Below, in pieces: positions 43,643 to 47,600 of a stretch of DNA of 47,600 nt. The position numbers and the translations under genes are program-made. Source of the DNA: a virus; the IMG/VR virus record IMGVR_UViG_3300045988_132551; one strand, 5' to 3'. A model generated the notes under the pieces. It did no database searches. It worked only from the letters and a program-made list of their open reading frames with translations, and was not told the origin of the DNA. How positions within the stretch are numbered: the first letter of the stretch is position 1; every line of letters begins with the position of its first letter.

Positions 43643-45790
43643 TTATGCACTTACGGTGAATGATTTCTTATAGTTCTTCAATTTAATACCTACGACACCT
43701 CGAACTTGTTTTTTATTGATGTACACCTTTTCTTTTGAAATCAATTCATTTACCCTTTGTGGGTTCATTAATTTTTTGCTCAATGTACTCTTATATGTTC
43801 TTCTAATGGTTTTTCCGAAAGTGTTTTTATGAATAATTAAATAGCTATTATCTTGACACCAATTTTCATAAGCATCATATAATTGTTTAATTGATACTTT
43901 ATCTTCTTCATCAAATGTATAATCAATAAATTGTTCGTCATTCATAAATAATTGTATCGTATCACTGTTGTCTCTCAACGATTGAACCTCATCACTCATA
44001 CGTTTTGATGGCTCAATAATAAATCCATTCTTAACGACTCTGCACAATCCTTCTAACATCCAATTTATAATACCCGGTATTTCTTTGTCAAGCTGGTCAG
44101 ATAAAGTCCTATCCGGCTTGTCATAATGTACAGGACGAACTTTGCATAGTAATAGTCTACGATAGAACCCGTCTGTTCTATCAAATTTAGATTGAATGGC
44201 TCCATTTCCGCAACAAATTATCCTTGAATAAAGTTTAGTCTTGTATTTAGGCTTTCCTTTAACTTCTACTTCCATAGCTGTTTCAGCTGTCACTATCTTT
44301 TTGAAATTGGAAGTATCATCTAATGCCGTAAGCGTTAATTCATCATCCATAAACAACATTTGCTTGTCTAAAGATGATGTAGAGAATTTATCCTGTAGAC
44401 CTTCAAAATCACCTACAACGACGTTATCAGCTCCTATGATATGTTCCATTAGAACAGGTATTCTAGACTTACCTTCCCCACCCTCTCCTATAATGAATAA
44501 AGCTGTTTGAGCAAGAGTGTTCGGTACCAAACAATATCCTAAATATTCTTGAATGACAGGAATGTCCTCTTCATAGAAAAGGTTATTGATAAACCTTTTG
44601 AATTTAGGACAGTCCGCTTTAGCGTCATAATTGTGCGGTATCTGATGTAGTGTAAAAAAGGTGTCACATTCTTCAAGCTTTCCGTGTCGAACATCAAAAC
44701 TGATGTTATCGAACTGTACTTTATACTTGTCTGGTGCGTCTAGTTTAGTGAATGCTTCATTCTTGACACTCGCTAATAGAGACTCTACTTTAGCTGACAA
44801 ACGAGTTGTAATAATACCACCTATAATATTATGAATATTGTTTCTAAACTCATTATCGCTAATTTGACCATAACGTGTATAAAATCTATCATTGATACAA
44901 TAAAGTTCATTTCTTTTAACATACCATTCGGCAAATTTCTTGTCATTGATATTGACTGTTCCTGTTTCATCAAAAGAAATCCAGTCTACTTTCAAATCAT
45001 CTTCATTACTAGAGTCTAATTTTGACTCATTGATACTTTTTTCGACATTATTTGCTTTATTCGTCTTATCCGTTTTAATCATAGAGTCGACAATCGTTTT
45101 CACTTCATCTTCGTCAAGAGGTGGATTACACGACTCTTCATTATACTTCAAAGCTTTTTTCAATACTGTCGCTTTCTTTAATTTTTTGCCTAATAGAGAG
45201 CCGACATAACTCGCTAGGGTATTATTACGTCCACCTTCTTCGACCTCGCTAGGTGCTTCAAATGGCTTGTTTGAAAGTAACAATGTATCTTCATCTACTT
45301 CTTCACATAAATACTGTTTCCATTTTTGAGGTAGTTCCGCTATCTCATACTCAAATGGACTATTCACCCACTCGTAGTAAGTACCGTCAATTTGACTTGG
45401 TGCTTCTACTGTTTGAGTACCATCCGCCTGTATGTCAATCCCCTCACCGACATTCTTTCTATTTCTAATTCCTTTGACGTATTTGAAATAGTAATGAATA
45501 CCACCGCTAGGTGTTTCACTCATAACTGTTTGAGGAAGTTCTCCTAACTGTTCTTCTAATTTTTCTAGGGTAGCTACACCATCTGCATTTTTGACATCCA
45601 CGTCGATGCATACAAGATTGCTTGTCGCTCCCATGATGATACCTATGTTTGAGGTATCTTTGAATTTATCCAATGTTTCATCATTGGATTGTATTTTCGA
45701 CCAATTCTTGATGATAGGTCTTTTATCGTTTGGTTTGATGGGCATGACTACCCATCCCAATTTATCATAAGCTTTTGCATATTCTAGCAT
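43643..45790 (-). CDS. bifunctional prim-pol / D5-P4-type primase-helicase
   Basis: N-terminal prim-pol pattern (..VMPIKPNDKRP.., LVCIDVDV). P-loop GEGGEGKS, Walker B LFMDDE, D5/P4-family C-terminus. ATG 45790 preferred over GTG 45796 (SD AGGAGG spacing). Confidence 0.8.
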   Translation of the reverse strand: MLEYAKAYDKLGWVVMPIKPNDKRPIIKNWSKIQSNDETLDKFKDTSNIGIIMGATSNLVCIDVDVKNADGVATLEKLEEQLGELPQTVMSETPSGGIHYYFKYVKGIRNRKNVGEGIDIQADGTQTVEAPSQIDGTYYEWVNSPFEYEIAELPQKWKQYLCEEVDEDTLLLSNKPFEAPSEVEEGGRNNTLASYVGSLLGKKLKKATVLKKALKYNEESCNPPLDEDEVKTIVDSMIKTDKTNKANNVEKSINESKLDSSNEDDLKVDWISFDETGTVNINDKKFAEWYVKRNELYCINDRFYTRYGQISDNEFRNNIHNIIGGIITTRLSAKVESLLASVKNEAFTKLDAPDKYKVQFDNISFDVRHGKLEECDTFFTLHQIPHNYDAKADCPKFKRFINNLFYEEDIPVIQEYLGYCLVPNTLAQTALFIIGEGGEGKSRIPVLMEHIIGADNVVVGDFEGLQDKFSTSSLDKQMLFMDDELTLTALDDTSNFKKIVTAETAMEVEVKGKPKYKTKLYSRIICCGNGAIQSKFDRTDGFYRRLLLCKVRPVHYDKPDRTLSDQLDKEIPGIINWMLEGLCRVVKNGFIIEPSKRMSDEVQSLRDNSDTIQLFMNDEQFIDYTFDEEDKVSIKQLYDAYENWCQDNSYLIIHKNTFGKTIRRTYKSTLSKKLMNPQRVNELISKEKVYINKKQVRGVVGIKLKNYKKSFTVSA

Positions 45791-45792
45791 TA

Positions 45793-45969
45793 TCACTTCC
45801 TCCTGTTATCTACTTTATTTTGAAGCCACTCGTCAATTTCCTCCTTGAAACAGTGAGGGCGCTTACTTAAAGTATAATGCACAGGCATACCTTTGTCACG
45901 ATAAATATAGAATGTGCTCCGACCTATCTCTAGATAATTCATCACTTCTTTGATTGACATTCTTTTCAT
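45793..45969 (-). CDS. excisionase/MerR-type HTH protein (58 aa)
   Basis: MKRMSIKEVMNYLEIGRSTFYIYRDKGMPVHY..CFKEEIDEWL. Not in the ORF track (below the cut-off). Paralog of 37072..37254. Confidence 0.6.
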   Translation of the reverse strand: MKRMSIKEVMNYLEIGRSTFYIYRDKGMPVHYTLSKRPHCFKEEIDEWLQNKVDNRRK

Positions 45970-45980
45970 TAATCTTCCTC

Positions 45981-46229
45981 CTATCTAAAATCAATATTAC
46001 TTTCAATTAGAAAAGCTACTTCATATCCTTTTCTATTGATGATAATGTCATCCATATCATTAATTTCCATGGTGAGTTCTTTTAAATTGTATTTAGACTT
46101 ATTATATTCAATACTTTCTTTGAATAAATCAATTTCTAAATAGTCTTTAAAATCTTCTTCCTTGATATTCATTTGCTTTTTAATATATTGTCTAGCGACA
46201 TTTGTAATCCATACTTTTCTTTCTTCCAT
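45981..46229 (-). CDS. hypothetical early protein
   Basis: Initiation cassette GCTAAAGGAGGAAATATAAAAATG. Confidence 0.65.
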   Translation of the reverse strand: MEERKVWITNVARQYIKKQMNIKEEDFKDYLEIDLFKESIEYNKSKYNLKELTMEINDMDDIIINRKGYEVAFLIESNIDFR

Positions 46230-46273
46230 TTTTATATTTCCTCCTTTAGCTCACTTAAAAATATTAATCTTCA

Positions 46274-46594
46274 TCATTTTTTTAATTCACATTTTCGTTT
46301 ACAATTATCGCATCTTGCCGCATCTACCAATTCATTCAAAATATCGCTATAGGCAAAATATTTCCCTTCATCATCAAAATCATTATCATTTTCTAGCGCC
46401 ATTTGTAAGCTTTTTATTTCCTCATAATATGCACATTGTTTTCTTTCTTTAGCATGTTTTAAACACGCCCAATATCTAGGCTCACATCTAGGATTTATAG
46501 TCACACATTGTGTTCCTTTCTTAATTTTTTCACCACATATTTCACATATGCGGTCTTTTTTAACTCTAACGATACATTTGTTTTTATTTTTCAT
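46274..46594 (-). CDS. Cys-rich (zinc-finger-like) early protein
   Basis: CEICGEK...C, C..C pairs. Same 24-nt initiation cassette. First gene of the early arm. Confidence 0.65.
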   Translation of the reverse strand: MKNKNKCIVRVKKDRICEICGEKIKKGTQCVTINPRCEPRYWACLKHAKERKQCAYYEEIKSLQMALENDNDFDDEGKYFAYSDILNELVDAARCDNCKRKCELKK

Positions 46595-46622
46595 TTTTAT
46601 ATTTCCTCCTTTAGCAATACCT

Positions 46623-46651
46623 ATATTACACTAAAATTACACTAAAGTAAA
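46623..46651 (-). promoter_or_regulatory. early promoter TTTACT-N17-TAATAT (minus strand) embedded in tandem repeats
   Basis: Reverse complement reads aaaatgtctaaaatgtcTTTACTttagtgtaattttagtgTAATAT. Confidence 0.5.
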
Positions 46652-46698
46652 GACATTTTAGACATTTTAAACAAATTTAAAAAATATACAGAAAATTA

Positions 46699-46727
46699 TT
46701 GACATACCTAGACTATGGGTGTACAAT
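46699..46727 (+). promoter_or_regulatory. sigma70-type promoter TTGACA-N17-TACAAT (plus strand, divergent from the early promoter)
   Basis: Read directly. TG lies 1 nt upstream of the -10. Confidence 0.6.
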
Positions 46728-46755
46728 AAGGGTGTCAAATGAAGGAGGGATGAAA

Positions 46756-46983
46756 ATGAAAAAAAAAAAACAATTGGGCGACTATCTATATGAACTAGCA
46801 TTTCAAAAAAGAAATAGAAAGATATGGCATGTTTTTGACAACAACCATAACTTGATAGCAAGTGGTAATCCACTTGTTTTATGGATGGCATTAGGAGAAA
46901 TGTTCTCAAATAAACCTATTAAAAAAGTTTTAGATAATGGGAGAACAATAATTTTGGATTGTGAGGTGAAATTCAATGTTTAA
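46756..46983 (+). CDS. hypothetical protein with an A12 run directly after the start codon
   Basis: SD gaaggagg lies 7 nt before the ATG at 46756. MKKKKQLGDYLYELAF.. Confidence 0.6.
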   Translation: MKKKKQLGDYLYELAFQKRNRKIWHVFDNNHNLIASGNPLVLWMALGEMFSNKPIKKVLDNGRTIILDCEVKFNV

Positions 46984-47077
46984 TGCTGACGTAGGTTTAA
47001 TTTTATGTACACCGTTAATTATCTGGGGTGTAGCAATGTTGATGTATGATTTTTTAGGAGGTAATAAAGATGAATAG
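46976..47077 (+). CDS. small membrane protein (33 aa)
   Basis: SD gtgaggtga. MFNADVGLILCTPLIIWGVAMLMYDFLGGNKDE. Overlaps the next start. Confidence 0.4.
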   Translation: MFNADVGLILCTPLIIWGVAMLMYDFLGGNKDE

Positions 47078-47456
47078 TGATAAATTTGACGCTTTATTAT
47101 CTACACTCCCTAATTTACAAAATTTAGATTTTCATTTAACTAAAGTACCAAATGATAAAATTAATAGAAAAGAGGAAAAAGAAATGGAACGAACATTTAG
47201 ATTAAGAAAGAAAAATTTTAGTTTTGAGAAGAAAGGAATGATTTTGAAAGGTGAAGTATCTGACGATAATCAATATATTTTTGTGAGAGCATGGGATATA
47301 TATTTAAACAATAAAGACATCATGAGTGATGATGAAGTAGAATTTTGTTTGTCATATGGTATTAATCATAAATGGATGTATTTGATAAGCGAATTGGAGT
47401 CTTTAAATCCTATAATTCATTTATCAAAACTAGAATATGAATTGTTGAACAAAAAT
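47070..47456 (+). pseudogene. N-terminal fragment of a paralog-family gene interrupted by the IS
   Basis: ORF 47070..47480 aligns with the N-terminal two thirds of 2099..2587 and 2574..3065 up to ..LSKLEYELLNKN, then runs into IS sequence and stops. Confidence 0.75.
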
Positions 47457-47467
47457 AGGAGCGCAAT

Positions 47468-47498
47468 CCCCTTCCTCTAAGCGAAGCGTAGGGAGGGG
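47468..47498 (+). other. IS left-end subterminal hairpin
   Basis: ccccttcc / gggagggg, 8 bp with one G-T pair. The loop tctaagcgaagcgta resembles the right-end loop. Confidence 0.7.
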
Positions 47499-47501
47499 TC
47501 T

Positions 47502-47600
47502 AGCTCCTTTTATAGTTTTTATAAGAGATGTTGTTTTAGACGTGCAGCTGTGATATATTATAAGTATAAAAGACGTTCAGTCGTACTTAATTTTAGAAAG
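47502..47600. repeat. terminal direct repeat, copy 2 (identical to 1..99)
   Basis: Exact 99-nt match to the window start. Confidence 0.95.

Larger units (their letters stand above)
47457..47600 (+). mobile_element. IS200/IS605-family element, left end (continues at position 1 across the circular junction)
   Basis: The host-gene reading frame breaks after codon AAT at 47454-47456. A subterminal imperfect hairpin follows at 47468-47498, and tnpA/tnpB lie downstream. The boundary is inferred from paralog alignment, +/- a few nt. Confidence 0.7.

Noticed and set aside
32513-46452. Plus-strand ORFs within the minus-strand early arm (32513..32818, 34599..34814, 35121..35491, 37211..37492, 39871..40080, 41742..42359, 42598..42881, 44241..45468, 46162..46452) and nested minus ORFs (33909..34127, 41196..41387)
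   Set aside because: They are antisense or internal to genes with clear domain signatures (VRR-NUC, polymerase, SNF2, primase, MazF-like, 3D). Their compositions are the F/L/I/S-rich type expected from antisense AT-rich coding DNA.
46667-46909. Minus-strand 80-aa ORF across the divergent promoter region
   Set aside because: It overlaps the plus-strand gene 46756..46983 and both promoters. No SD. It reads through the A12/T12 run as FFFF.
1-47600. Search for a diversity-generating retroelement, retron, CRISPR-Cas, integrase or invertase that could explain the duplicated fibre modules
   Set aside because: I saw no reverse-transcriptase (YxDD), recombinase or Cas-like motifs in any ORF. I also noticed no long template/variable repeat pair around the fibre genes by eye. 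This is a limited visual check, not an alignment.

Overview
The window is a complete, AT-rich tailed-phage genome of about 47.5 kb. Bases 1-99 recur exactly at 47502-47600, so the contig closes on itself. There is no sheath gene, which fits a siphovirus type. The endolysin with PG_binding_1 repeats and the spore-surface-like proteins suggest a low-GC Firmicutes (Clostridia-like) host, but that is inference.

Plus strand, in order:
- three tandem paralogous small genes, the first split by an IS200/IS605 element (tnpA + tnpB) that spans the contig junction
- two small membrane proteins
- a repeat-dense non-coding block
- terS (4210)
- a moron-rich stretch (an opposite-strand 2-gene cassette, an HNH_3-like protein, an HExxH peptidase, an RHH protein)
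- terL (8975)
- an autonomous promoter-to-terminator unit with two tRNA-like genes
- portal, scaffold, capsid, connector, tail, chaperone (-1 frameshift), tape measure and baseplate/fibre genes (11235-24241)
- the lysis cassette (24256-25689)
- an atypical accessory arm (25715-32361): membrane/HTH proteins, a second fibre module, and low-complexity, Cys-rich and TNF-like proteins

Minus strand (46594 down to 32446) is the early/replication arm:
- small Cys-rich and HTH proteins
- prim-pol/D5-type primase-helicase
- an acidic-protein + MazF/PemK-like module with its own promoter
- a 3D-domain protein
- many small paralogous ORFs
- SNF2 helicase
- a family-B DNA polymerase fused in frame to an ERF-like annealase
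- YqaJ exonuclease, an SSB-like protein and VRR-NUC

I recognised no integrase, repressor pair or partition genes.

Most notable observations:
1. Two covarying tRNA-like genes whose anticodon loops are 13 and 11 nt.
2. A TnpB-bearing IS inside the phage that interrupts one member of a paralog family. The intact junction can be reconstructed.
3. A MazF-like toxin module with a palindromic, repeat-bearing leader.
4. Several frame anomalies, all at homopolymer runs (T3, A9, G3, A8, plus an in-frame A12). These are either assembly errors or slippage-controlled genes.
5. An octamer repeat array inside the 3' end of terS.

All functional calls rest on motifs read by eye. No database search was run.
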